The notes under the pieces: model-generated | What the model was told of the DNA's origin: nothing | The model's database searches: none | The model's input: the letters and a program-made list of their open reading frames with translations, nothing else | In this document: in pieces, positions 51,915 to 64,000 of the stretch | Numbering within the stretch: position 1 is the stretch's first letter | How the letters are laid out: each line of letters begins with the position of its first letter | Origin: Octopus vulgaris | Taxonomy: Eukaryota | Assembly (NCBI GenBank): GCA_951406725.2 | Contig: OX597819.1 | Location: forward strand, 61,070,001-61,134,000 | Length of the DNA: 64,000 bases | Reading direction: 5' to 3' | Program-made: the position numbers and the translations under genes

Positions 51915-52236
51915 ATTTATGTTTTACTTATGCGCCCTTTTCAAGCCTAGCCAGGCTCATGGGCCCAGTTTCCCGGTTTCTGTGGCGTATGTGTTCTCCC
52001 CAGCTGGACGGGACGCCAGTCCATCGCAGCGTTATTCAAAAAATAGGAAGAAAGAGTGAGAGAAAGTTGGGGCGAAAGAGTACAATAGGGGTCGCCACCC
52101 CCCCCCTTCCAGTGACTCGTGGAGTTTTTAGGTGTTTTCGTTCAATAAACACACACAACGCCAGGTCTGGGAATCGAAACCGCGATCCTCCGACCGCGAG
52201 TCCGCTGCCCTAACCACAGGACCATTGTGCCTCCAC
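51915..52236 (-). mobile_element. tRNA-derived SINE family C
   Basis: Minus strand gtggaggcacaatggtcctgtggttagggcagcggactcgcggtcggaggatcgcggtttcgattccc; aaaagtgagttat occurs on both sides (51901 and 52237), a likely target-site duplication. Confidence 0.9.
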
Positions 52237-52549
52237 AAAAGTGAGTTATAATCACTACAAATGAAAATCCAATTAGAATAGTAAACTTGGCTCCGCTGAG
52301 AGCTAACTATTGTCCTTCGGCACTTAACTCAGGTACGGATATTATAACAGAAGATAAGTAAATGAATTAAAGAAAGTAGATTCTAGTAATAATACACGAG
52401 CTGACAATTAATTAATAGTCATACAATCCTAATATACAATCTAAGAAAAGTTCAGTTATATAGGTTCCCTTAACCCAGTCATATTCCCAAGCGAGTTTGT
52501 AACAGTAGCATTCACTCTCTAAACGTAGGTGTAATCGAAGTTCCATATA

Positions 52550-52905
52550 TATATATTCTGTTATATATTCTGTTATTTATATATATATATATATATAACA
52601 GAATGAGATTTAAAAAATCCAAGGCTGTGAATAGTTTTCAGAACATTTATAAAGAGGTCTTATAGCGGTTTCCGGGATATTTTATATATCCCTTCATCAG
52701 AGACGGTACGAGAAAATGTTTAAGTAATAGTTATTATAGAGAAGATATGAAATACAGAGGAAAGTGGAGGAATGAAAACAGAAGTGAGATACGTAAGGAT
52801 ATTGTATTTGCAGTTCCATTATTTAAGCAGAATGGTGTATATATAAGTTTTCTGTACCTTGTGTGTGAGTTCCAATGGTGTTTATAATTGGTCATTCCAA
52901 GCATA
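52550..52905 (-). mobile_element. PLE-like terminal-repeat fragment
   Basis: Contains an HHR; abuts (AT)n with a short inverted end duplication (attctgttat...ataacagaat). Confidence 0.6.
52657..52704 (-). ncRNA. Minimal hammerhead motif
   Basis: Minus strand GUCU CUGAUGA A GGGAUAU auaaa AUAUCCC G GAAA CCGCUA UA AGAC; 7-bp stem II, 4-bp stem I. Confidence 0.7.
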
Positions 52906-53001
52906 TATATGTTATATATTATATTAATTATATATATATTATTTGTTATTTATGTCTATCACTATTTGAGTTGCATAATAGTGGTTTTATCTCTAATTCA
53001 T

Positions 53002-53032
<31 letters not shown>

Positions 53033-53043
53033 TTAAATGTTAT

Positions 53044-53169
53044 AGAGGACAATAAACGTCAGGCAAGGCAAACATCTCAAGTCTTATATATTATTTTTAT
53101 TGGAAAAAAAAAATTCAAAGTCTTACATGACTTGAGATGTTTGCCTTGACTTAACGTTTGTCATCCTCT
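53044..53169. repeat. Inverted repeat, about 40-bp arms
   Basis: caaggcaaacatctcaagtc / gacttgagatgtttgccttg with partly matching outer flanks. Confidence 0.8.
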
Positions 53170-53313
53170 TCAACAATTACCGGAAATTTGCAATGGCTCC
53201 GTAACTACCATGCTCAGCTATAACATTGGAGCTCTAGTAATCCGTTACAGCACTTACCTAGCGTACCTCATCGTTCAGATCACCTGTGCACTAAAACCCC
53301 ATATTGTGTATAT

Positions 53314-53637
53314 TCTTTTATTTGTTTCAGTCATCGACCCCAGGACTTATTCTTTATAAGCCTAGTACTTAATTTATCAGTATCTTTTGCTGAGCCACCA
53401 GTTACGGTGACGTAAACACACCAGCATCGGTTGTCAAGCGATGGTGAGGGGACAAACACAAACGCAAACATACACACATACACATACATATATACGATAG
53501 GTTTCTTTTAGTTTCAGGATTTGGTCGGCCTGAGGCTATAGTAGAAGACACTTGCCTAGGGTGTCATGCAGTGGGACTGAACCCGGAGCCATGTGGTTGG
53601 TAAGCAAGCTACTTACCATACAGCCACTCCTGCACCT
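53314..53637 (-). mobile_element. SINE family A with deletions
   Basis: Matches 8574-8989. Confidence 0.9.
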
Positions 53638-53924
53638 ATATATATATATATATGTAAAGGCTTGCATATTCTTTGTACGTTCTGGCAGATTCAAACGTGA
53701 CTATGCAAATCGCTGTTGTATTTGGTCACAGGAGAACAACGTCTCCTTTACGACGGATGTGTGCACAGAACACACTCAATCCATTAGTGTAAGGGGCTTT
53801 TCGATAGTGATGTTTCAATATCTTAATGCTTATTCAGTCAGAGGCATCCCAGGACTAATGAACCTTACAAGAGTCGAAGCTCTTGTTTATAACTTCAGTG
53901 AACAGTGTTTGCTTATTCGTGCTA

Positions 53925-54080
53925 TCTATCTGTATGTATGTATGTATGTATCTATATCTATCTGTCTGTCTGAATGAATGTATGTATCTTTCTGTATGCA
54001 TGTATATGTGTCTGTCTGTCTGTATGTATGTATCTATATGTATGTATGTATGTATGTATATGTATGTATCTGTATGTATG

Positions 54081-54113
<33 letters not shown>

Positions 54114-54270
54114 GTATGTATGTATGTATCTGTCTGTCTGTCTCTCTGTACGTACGTACGTATGTATGTATGTACGTACGTATGAATGTATGTATCTATC
54201 TATATCTATCAATATATCTATCTATTAATATCTACTTATCTAGCTAGCTATTCATCCATCCATCCATATA
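53925..54270. repeat. (TATG)n/(TATC)n/(TCTG)n tetranucleotide microsatellite
   Basis: Direct inspection. Confidence 0.92.
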
Positions 54271-55889
54271 CACGCACACAAATGCAATTACACACACACA
54301 TTATTCATTATTTATTTAGTGGTGAGCTAACTGAAACTGAGGTGGGTGAAACAACAAGGAAATATTGAACTTAAGCAAATTGTTGATGAAAGTTCGAAAA
54401 GCTTTGATAAACGCAACACAGAGTGTTGAACTTTAACTAAACTCAAACTTTAACCCCAAGTTTTATATTGAGCAGTAAATAATTACATCTAGCCTGAGAA
54501 AAAAATTTGACTAATCTATTAGTTGATAGGATGAAGAGAAACAAATACAGCAGCTGAATGGTACGAAAAAATACCACACACACGCACGTATGTATGCATG
54601 CATGCATCTGTCTATGTAAGAATGAAAGTTGGTATATATGTACATATATAAGCATCTATGCACATACATATATACATACATATATGTACAGACACAGATA
54701 GATATTTACACACACATACACAGACACATATATAAATCTATGTGAGCCCTGTATGCATGTCCATGCACCAGTGTATGTATATACATGCATACAGTTACAC
54801 ACATATACACATATATACTTTAGTCAATTAAATGTGTGTGTATGTATATTCATACAGGCTCACACACATACGTATAAGAGTCGCAAAATGCTACTACAAC
54901 GTGGAACATTTATAAGTGTTTTAAAACGGAAGTCTGTCAGTGTGCCAGTATTGTTTGTGAACTAATTTTAAAGCAGACCCTTAGGGAATATTTAAGATGT
55001 CCTTTAGGATAGAAAACAACTGTGCAAACAGCGTATTGTAAGTTTAGAGATTCTATTTCCGTGTGTTCTGTAGACGCGCATGTCAACAGTCACAAATAAG
55101 GCAAAAGAATTCTTTCAAATTGGCAACAAGTATGCAAATAACTTTCCGAATGATATAGGCCGGACTAAAACTGATACGAAGCCAATAATACGAGTTGCAC
55201 GGCTTAATTTTTTTTTACTTTTAATTGTTTTCGTTTTTTGAATTTATTTTAGCATGGCTGGGCGCAGGCTTGTGTGTGTATGGCTGAGAATCTCACTTTG
55301 TAACAACGAGATTTGAGTTTCAATCTCACTGCGTGGCGTTTGGACAAGTGATTTTATAATAGTCTCATACCGACCAATTCCGTGTGTGAATCTGGCAGAC
55401 GGAAAATGCATAAAGGTTGTCGTACAAATAAATGTATAAAGCCCATTAGTTATTTTCTCATATATATCTATATCGATATGATTTTAGCATTTCGAAGATC
55501 AGTTCGGCATTTTTCATTTACTACCGACCGAAACTGCGCTTAGGCGGTGAATTTGAAAAATTATAACATATAATGATGCGACACGTGTTATTTGTCTCTA
55601 AATTATATAATAATGTTATGGCGCGATTACTGATGAGAATTTCACCTAGCAAATTATTTTATTTGCTAAAAAAATTCGAAATCTAGGTATAACCTTTAAA
55701 AAATAACAAGGTAAAAGTTTTTATTTTTCATTCCCTTCGAAATTGCTCTTAAATGTGGTTTTGGTCATTTTGACTGCTTCTTCTAGCGTGAAAAATTAAC
55801 TGTTAAAGGTAGTTTCTCTTGTGTTTAAATGCACACTACTTTATATTGAGAATATGTTGTCTATATATATATAAATTAATCGCTAAAGT

Positions 55890-56495
55890 CATTACACTGC
55901 GGTCATACTGGGACACGAACTTAAAGAATTTTTAGTCAGATGAATCAACCTCGGTACTTTTTAAACCTGGTACTTATTCTATCAATCACTTTTGCTGAAC
56001 TACTAAGTTACGAGGACGTAATCACTAACTTCGGTTGTCAGGCGGTGGTTTCACACACACACATACATCCGACAGCTTTCAGTTTCCGTCTACCAAATCC
56101 ACTCTCAGGGCTTTGGTCAGCTCGAGGCTATAATAGAAAGCTGTGGCACTGGACCTGGAACTATATGATTGAGAAGCAAGCTTCTTTCTATTTAACCACG
56201 CCTGCGCTCCCCCCACACGCGTGTGTGTGTGGTGCGTGTGTGTTTGTGGTGTGTATTTGTTTGTTCCTGTCTATATTTGTCCGCACCTACTGCTTGACAA
56301 CCGGGGCTGGTTTGTCTACGTTCTCCAACTTAGCAACTCGATACAAAAGACCGATAGAATAAGTACCAGACTTAAAAAAAACTAACAACAAAACAAGTAC
56401 TGGGGTCAATTTGTTCGAGTAAACCCTTCAATACCTTGCCCACCCCCGCATGGCTGTAGTTAAATAGCTGAAACAAGTAAAATACAAAAGATAAA
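55890..56495. mobile_element. Two diverged family A SINEs in opposite orientation
   Basis: Minus copy about 55890-56210, plus-strand 3' half about 56220-56495. Confidence 0.75.
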
Positions 56496-56844
56496 ATGAC
56501 TATTGTTTAGTGATGTTAACGAAGCCAACTGTATCGATATTAGGAGATAAAGTAAGAAATTGCTATAACAATATGAAAGATCCTTTCTCTTTTAAATCTG
56601 AATTATAGAAACGATTTTCTGTTGCTCCTTTTTCTCCGCGCATCAAAATGTTGGCTACTTAAAATGAGTTTTCGTCCGAAATTCACACGAAATGAGGAAA
56701 AGGCTTTGACTGCCATCAAAGAAAAACAAAAACAATGTTATTTTGGCGCCATTTAGAAAGTTATGAATTATTCATTGCATACCTGATTACACGCTCGTAT
56801 GCAGAGCACACACATAAAACACACTCACATAATTATTCTTACAA

Positions 56845-56885
<41 letters not shown>

Positions 56886-57918
56886 CATGTGTGTATGTAT
56901 AGGTATAGATATATACATACATATTTATACATACACTCACATACACACATGTATATATGTATATAAATTTGTGTATGATGTGTGTGTATATATATATATA
57001 TATATATGTATGTATATTTATTAATTTTCATTGACTATACGTTTGACTTTCTCTTTCATTTCTCAAGAAAGAAGTTACCTTTCTCTTTTTTCTCTCCCTA
57101 TTTGGCAAGCATGTTCAACTGTGATTGATTTGGAAATAAATCCGACATTTTGTTTCGCTTTTGTTTTTATTTTATCATCGAATGGAAATAAAATCATCCT
57201 AAATTGAAAATACATAACACCTGTACGTCACAATTGATTTGTTACAGAATTTCATCCGAAACACATTGCTCCAAAATGCAATCAATGTATTATGAATTAT
57301 TGTATAGTATAATTTAATTAGGAGAAAATAGTCAACATGTGAACGACTTAATAATACAGGTTAACATAACACTATTGTGAAAACCTTATGAGGTTTGGCA
57401 GATGTATAATTAGTACGGCTTATAAAGTAATGCAGATTGAAAGCGTTACACATTAACTATGAAAAATAAGTTTATAATAAACGATATAATTATAAGTAAA
57501 TAATTGTTACTAATATTATTTTCTAGCTACTTTAATTAGAAGCTAATTACTGATATTAATTTAAATAATATGGAAATGATTAAAGGCAAAATCGGTGTCA
57601 GTGAGATGTGAATCCGTATTTTTTGAACTCTTGGGTTTAAATGCTACACTGCATTAACAAGCATTCTGGATGTAGCTTTAACCAAACCATTAAAGATGGG
57701 ATCACCATAGACAAGTCTGTGATAATCATTGAGTTGTAAGATTTCCTTTTCATGCAGTGTAATCAGGACAGTCAGGTTAAGCAAGAGTTGGACATTATAC
57801 TGAGTGTTATTAAATTAAAGCATTCACTATTAAGCGTCAATGTTAAAAAAATGTTTTCGCTGCTTGCAACGGTGAGTTGTATGTACGCAAGGCAATTTAT
57901 TTACAATGTGACGAACGG

Positions 57919-57962
57919 AATTCGCTGATGATAGTCAATTAGACTGAAACATGTCAGGAGTT
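57919..57962 (+). ncRNA. Minimal hammerhead motif
   Basis: AAUUCG CUGAUGA U AGUC aauua GACU GAAA CAUG UC AGGAGUU; core and stems II/III intact, stem I imperfect at the junction. Confidence 0.65.
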
Positions 57963-59381
57963 GTCTGTCATACCTATAGAAAATATCAAAATGATATTAT
58001 TCTAGAATCAATATTTTTTCTTCACATCGCGTATTTTTACTTAAATTATATATGTTAATACTAACTTAATTATTGCTTTTTCAGGCGAATGGTACCTAAA
58101 GATAATATATTCTCAATGTCAATAAGTATAGAATATTCTACATTTACTTAGTAATTTCCTCATCATTACAGTGAAGTCCATGCTTCCTTGATGAAGCCAG
58201 AATAATACCGAAACTGATCTGGTGCTGTCTTTCGTACTTACAGCGAAAATAATCCTTGACTGTTGTCTTTTGCCGTGTCAGTATTTCGAGTTAGCTTTTT
58301 TAAATACTCCATACTGTAAATATGTTAACCCTAACTTAACTCCAGAGTGACACATTTGAAAAGATTACGCCGATGTTTCATTTGTTTAGCAATAACGGTC
58401 TTCTGAAAATATCTTTAAATATCTTTCAAGAATTAATGGTGCCCTGATGACTGCGATTTAGTTCCAGTTTCAAAGAGGGTAGCGAATGAAATCAATCCAC
58501 TTTTTGGATAAGCTTATGTAGCTATCTATCCTAAATGATCCAGTTCCAATTGTTGTTGAATAGGCGAATTGTGATTTCCTACAATAAAACATTATGACAC
58601 ACATCATTAAACAATGACAACATATCTGAATTCACAAACTTGGAGTTAGTAATTCGTCATGCTATATGGTCGGTCAATTCCTCTCCATACAAAGGCTACA
58701 TGGAATAAAAGTAAACTATATTCGTATAATCATTTTATCAAATTCAAAAATATCATGGGATATTCACAGGACTCTCCTAGAGAACTCGTAACCATTTCGT
58801 CTATAGAGGACATTACTTCTGATTCTTTGATAAAAATTAGGAAACGAGCCAATACTCATTGATAGCGAGTCTAGTATATTCTTCAGCTCTTCGGTTAAAA
58901 CGGTGAATTGGTAGAATTGACGCCAGCCTACCCTTTGGGGGGTCACTAAATTAGTATTAATCCACGATATTGATCAGAAGAACAGTAAAGACAAGAAAAT
59001 GCTTTGTGTATCCGTTCTGGTCTTTGCGCTCTGGCAGGAACGTCTACGACGAAATTAGTGCCCAGCTAGATGGACCTTAAAGAAAAGTTGTTCTCTTTTC
59101 GGGAGAAAGAGGGGGGTTTCTCTCTCGGATAAAAATTGATTGCGTGAAGATGAGAGAATTGTGTGCACGGTCAGCCGCAAATCTTCAAAAGTAACTTTGC
59201 TCACGTCTGTGCATATATGTGTATATATATGGTCAACCGTGATCGACGAATGCCTTCTGACTGTTCGTTTGCTGATTTCAAGTATATTTGAAGGTTTCTC
59301 CATTTGATCCAGACTTAAAAAACATTTTTGACCTTTGAGTTATTTTCGTATTTGACAGTTTTTCTTGGTTGTTCTTATATG

Positions 59382-59601
59382 CAGTAATCCCTCGCTACAT
59401 TGCGGTTCACCTATCATGGTTTATTATTTAAGCTTACGTCGATTCCCCCATGGTGTTGTTTTGTATTTATAATAAAATAAATATATACAAATTATAGAAA
59501 CAATAATAAAAAATATACAGTACTGTTTCTACTTCACGGATTTTCACGTATCGCGGGGGTGGGAGTGGAACATAACCACCACGATAATCGAGGGATTACT
59601 G
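59382..59601. mobile_element. pogo/Tigger-like MITE
   Basis: cagtaatccctcg...cgagggattactg|TA perfect 13-bp termini. Confidence 0.88.
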
Positions 59602-60630
59602 TAATTTCAATACTACAAAATGTGGTAACACATATGAATATACTGCTCCAAGGCAAAAAAGAACACCCCAAAAACTTTAGATATTTCCGAGAAAGTTACA
59701 CAAAGTTCATATCACTGTTTCTGTTTTTTTTTTATTCTATATATTTCCAGGTAACGTTCATTCATCACACCTGGTCATTGCGTTGTTCAACTTCAAATAA
59801 ATTCTCTAAAAATCCAATCACAATGCCATTGTGGTACAACTCACGGATGGATTTTCAGTCACATGAAGAATCTCAGAAAATATTCCGTTACCTCCAAACA
59901 GTTTACTAGGATACTGAATGGAAACAGCTGATACCAAGTAACGTATCTAACACAATATTATTACATTATACTTGAATACAGATGACAGATGTCATGTAAT
60001 TTATCTGACTCAATATCTCCACTACGTCTAAAAACGAACAACAGATAGCAATGTATTTGTTGTCTTCCTACCTATGATTCGGTGAGGGATTCCCTTTCTA
60101 AGGGCCTTGATTAATAGAAACAAACTATTTCGTTTTCTTCTTTATTTTATTATTTTTTTGGCTAACTTTTGACCTCGATTGGCGTAGCATTAACTACAAA
60201 TCTGAAATAATTCATCCACTAAGTTTGAAATGCAGCCGATCAAGATTCAACTATTATAACTTAGTTTCGGTTTCCTTTCTAATTAAAACTTTTGCTAAGA
60301 TCTTACTGGAATTTCAAGAAATATTTCTTAACATCATTTTATCAGAGCAAAACACTGAATGAAAATTCAAATAGGTGGAATGAAAAGATATTGTGCCCGG
60401 CCACTCCCTCCAACGTACACACTCCCTCTCTTTCATAAATCTATTTAATTATTAAACACACACATATGTATAAACATAGATGCACAAATATATGTATACA
60501 CACGAACGTATATATAATTGCATACGCATACATACTTTACATATATATATTATATATACATATGTGTGAGTGTCTGTAAATATGTATGTAGATATATAAG
60601 CATACGTGTATTTATATACATTTATATACG

Positions 60631-60754
60631 AACCACATGGTCCTGAGTTCAGTCCCACTGCGTGGAAACTTGGACAAGTGTCTTCTACTATAGCCTCGGG
60701 CCGACCAAAACCTTCTGAGTGGATTTGGTAGACGGAAACTGAAAGAAGCCCGTC

Positions 60755-60806
<52 letters not shown>

Positions 60807-61035
60807 ATATGTTTGTGTGTCTGTGTTTGCCCCCCTCCCCTCCATCAACATCGGTTGACAACCGATGCTGGTGTGTTTACGTCCCCGTAACTTAGCGGTT
60901 CGGCAAAAAGAGACCGATAGAATAAGTACTAGGGTTACAACGAATAAGTCCTGGGGTCGATTTGCTCGACTAAAAAGGCAGCGCTCCAGCATGGCCCCAG
61001 TCAAATGACAGAAACAAGTAAAAGAGTAAAAGAGT
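60631..61035 (+). mobile_element. SINE family A, nearly full length
   Basis: aaccacatggtcctgagttcagtcccactgcg...(AT)n...gaaacaagtaaaagagtaaaagagta. Confidence 0.92.
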
Positions 61036-61669
61036 ATATATACACCCATATCGTCAAACATATTTATATAGACACACACTCTATCACATACTTATACATA
61101 CACACATTCGTAGGTGTATGTTTACTTACTTATATGCATACTCATTCACATGTATATATGTATTCCTGTAGTATATGATATGCACTTGTTTTGAGTAATA
61201 GAGTAACATCACGTGATGGCAACGTTCTCGTGCCAACGATCACTATTTCATTTTGCGAACGAATTCCGCGAACAGGAAGATTTAGCTCCAATGATGAAAT
61301 CCATAAAAACAAAGAGAAGCAAAAGAGACATATTCGCGGTATATTTGGGGAAAACCAGCGAATAAATACGCGCCCAACCAGTTCTAATCAATCTGCTTTG
61401 AATCAAGTAATTCGATATGTTACATCGGAACAACTGATCAGATTCCAGGTGTAAATTCGATCCTGATGCTATTCACAGGAACTTATTGTTTCCATCAAGT
61501 ATTCTATCGACTGCCATTGCTTATTTTTAACGAGATTGTCTTTGCTATTCGGTTTTTTTTTTCGGCTTTCTGTATTCTTTCTCTATGGATTAGGTGTATT
61601 TTTTTCTCTTTCTAGTTACAATGTTGACATGACATCGAATATTATTATCACGGTCATGTAAATGAGTGC

Positions 61670-61701
<32 letters not shown>

Positions 61702-61747
61702 ATACTATCTATCTATTAATATTTGTTTTTATGTTCAATTATAAGCC

Positions 61748-62468
61748 TTTCTATTATAGACACAAGGTCTGAAATTGTTGTGGAGAGGACTAGTCTATTA
61801 CACTGACTCCAGTGTTTTACTGGTATTTAATTTATCCTTTTCTACTACAGGCACAAGGCCCTACATTTTTAGGGAGGGAGCCAGTCAATTAGATCGACCC
61901 CAGTACGCAAGTGGTACTTAATTTATCGACCCCGAAAGGATGAAAGGCAAAGTCGGCCTCGGCGGAATTTGAACTCAGAACGTAAAGACAGACGAAAAAC
62001 TGCTAAGCATTTCGCCCGTCGTGCTAACGTTTCTTATTTCTTTACTATCTACAAGGGGCTAAATACAGAGGGGACAAACAAAGTCAGACAAAGGGATTAA
62101 GTCGATTACATCGACCCCAGTGCGTAACTGGTGCTTATTTAATCGACTCCGAAAAGATGAAAGGCAAAGTCGACCTCGGCGGAATTTGAACTCAGAACGT
62201 AACGGCAGACGAAATACGGCTACGCATTTCGCCCGGCGTGCTAACGTTTCTGCCAGCTCCCCACCTTTGGTATTAAATTTATCGACTTCCAAAGGACGAA
62301 AGGCATTTCGTCAGTCTTTACGACCTGAGTTCAAATTCTGACGAGATCGACCTTTCCTTTCATCTTTTCGGGGTTGGTAAAATAAATACCAATTGAACAC
62401 TGAAGTCAATGTAATTGACTTCACCCCTTTCCCGAAATTGCTGGCCTTGTGCCAAAATTTGAAACCAA
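61748..62468. mobile_element. SINE family B cluster: minus-strand multimer (61748-62266) and plus-strand monomer (62295-62468)
   Basis: Reverse complement of the 20265-20697 dimer, followed by an oppositely oriented copy. Confidence 0.9.
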
Positions 62469-62552
62469 TATAATAATAATAATAATAAGTATGACGAAGT
62501 AGCATTAGCATTACCTTTAATTCACATTTATATATAAATACAGTCTCAAGTA

Positions 62553-62636
62553 GACCTACACGTGTTTCGACTGCATCGGTCAGTAACCGTTGCAGCTGCA
62601 ACTATACAATGGCACCGTTGCAGTTTCTTCAGGCTC
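62553..62636 (-). ncRNA. Hammerhead motif with extended stem II
   Basis: Minus strand GAGC CUGAAGA A ACUGCAACGG...CCGAUGCAGU C GAAA CACGUG UA GGUC; palindromic stem III ACACGUGU. Confidence 0.65.
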
Positions 62637-63296
62637 TTCACCGTAATACCCTTTGAGATTTAACTGGTTAACGTTTTATGTTATATAAACTTGTATGTAA
62701 TCGATACGGTCAGCTACACGTGCTATATTTTCCAATAGAAGCGACTATAATGTATTAATTCATATTCCTCGTTGACTTCTAAACTTTGCTCGATGTCACA
62801 ACTACACGCTCAAACCTATCAATGCCAGTTCAAGCCAAACGAATCGATATTTTCTTATTAATTTAATTATTGCCAAAGAATAAACAATAAATAGGATGGT
62901 TAGGATTTGCAGGATCGAACACCGAAGATTTTAGTTGATAGGTAATTATGTTTAGAGGAATGATTGTTGTAAATTTTTTGAAATTATTTTAGCTAAATTT
63001 GTCTAATTTGCTTAATTGCCATTCATGGTAGTATCCTGATATTAGGCTTGTTTCAGGTTGCCCTTCTGTTTCAATGTCACTTTCGCTGTTGCACACAAAC
63101 ACACACACACAAATATATGCATACATATCTGTATGTATATATATATATACATACATACATAAGCATACATACACACATATATATATATAAATTTAAGCAC
63201 ACACATAAATATATGCATTCGTATATGTATGTATGAGTATATATTTATATATACATACATGTACATAAGCATACGTACACAGACATATACACACAC

Positions 63297-63339
<43 letters not shown>

Positions 63340-64000
63340 TGTGAGATGAACTTGGCACTCACTGGGCTATATAGCATTTCCGAATTTCCGGAATAACTAA
63401 TGTTACAAGACATTGAGTTTTTTCTTAGCATTATACGCACACTGCATCAAAACTATATTCATTTACACACACATACGCGCGCACACATACACACAAAACA
63501 AAACATGCACACACACATATATACACAGAATGAGAGAGAGAGAGAGAGAAAGAGAAACTGGGATTAAAAAAGAGATGTTCCTTCGCTGTGTCCTATTTAA
63601 TTTACACAGACATTGTTGTAACAGCACTAATTAATTTAATTAATTTAGAGTTTCTTATTCAGCACTTTCAGTGTGGAATACTTTGTGTTCAGTTCACTTA
63701 AGTTGTATATTTTGAAGCACATCTATCTATACATCTATACATTTAATTACATATATCGCTGACGAGTACGTCTCAAATACTTATAATTTTACATCTTAAA
63801 CAGTTAAGACCCTGAGAGGTTTTTAAACGGCTTCAGAAAGGCAACCGTTTTTGACCACAAATTTATTGCCTTTGTTTTATAGTTTCACCTCGCCCAGTTT
63901 TCTCCCTTGACTATTTCCGCAGCGGAAGATCTCACGTCAGAATGTGTTAAATATGGTTTTACACGCATAAATTTCGTTCAGTGTTGCTTCGTGCGACATT

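Noticed and set aside
58650-59310. Possible Tc1/mariner remnant (LEISKRTVRRH)
   Set aside because: Single HTH-like phrase, no TIRs or catalytic motifs found.
61191-61454. 87-aa non-repetitive ORF
   Set aside because: No recognisable domain, non-ATG start, no clear splice signals.
63758-63785. CUGACGA GUA...UAC
   Set aside because: No GAAA or stem III.

Overview
AT-rich, repeat-saturated eukaryotic DNA with no intact protein-coding gene. The tRNA-derived SINE families, (AT)n/(AC)n/(ATAC)n microsatellite density and LINE remnants match what I recognise from Octopus (coleoid cephalopod) genomes; this is pattern recognition, not a database search. Almost every ORF in the supplied track is a translated microsatellite or SINE. 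Real coding remnants are a 5'-truncated CR1/L2-group LINE (about 9035-9963, -), a 5'-truncated Penelope-like element (PLE) with a GIY-YIG endonuclease (about 10690-12147, -), the C-terminus of an R4/Dong-like element (about 14385-14665, -) and an internally deleted Tc1/mariner (26237-26792). The most interesting hidden layer is RNA structure. I read about 15 minimal type I hammerhead-ribozyme (HHR) motifs of the PLE type. They include all three compensatory versions of the core 3-8 base pair (C3-G8, U3-A8, G3-C8), HHR pairs built into long fold-back repeats, and two copies of a tRNA-headed (Pol III box A/B) short element carrying an HHR. Solitary HHRs and all LINE remnants lean to the minus strand, which, with one candidate + strand exon (23506-23612), suggests a large intron of a + strand gene. 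Repeat boundaries are read by eye and approximate; ribozyme activity is untested.
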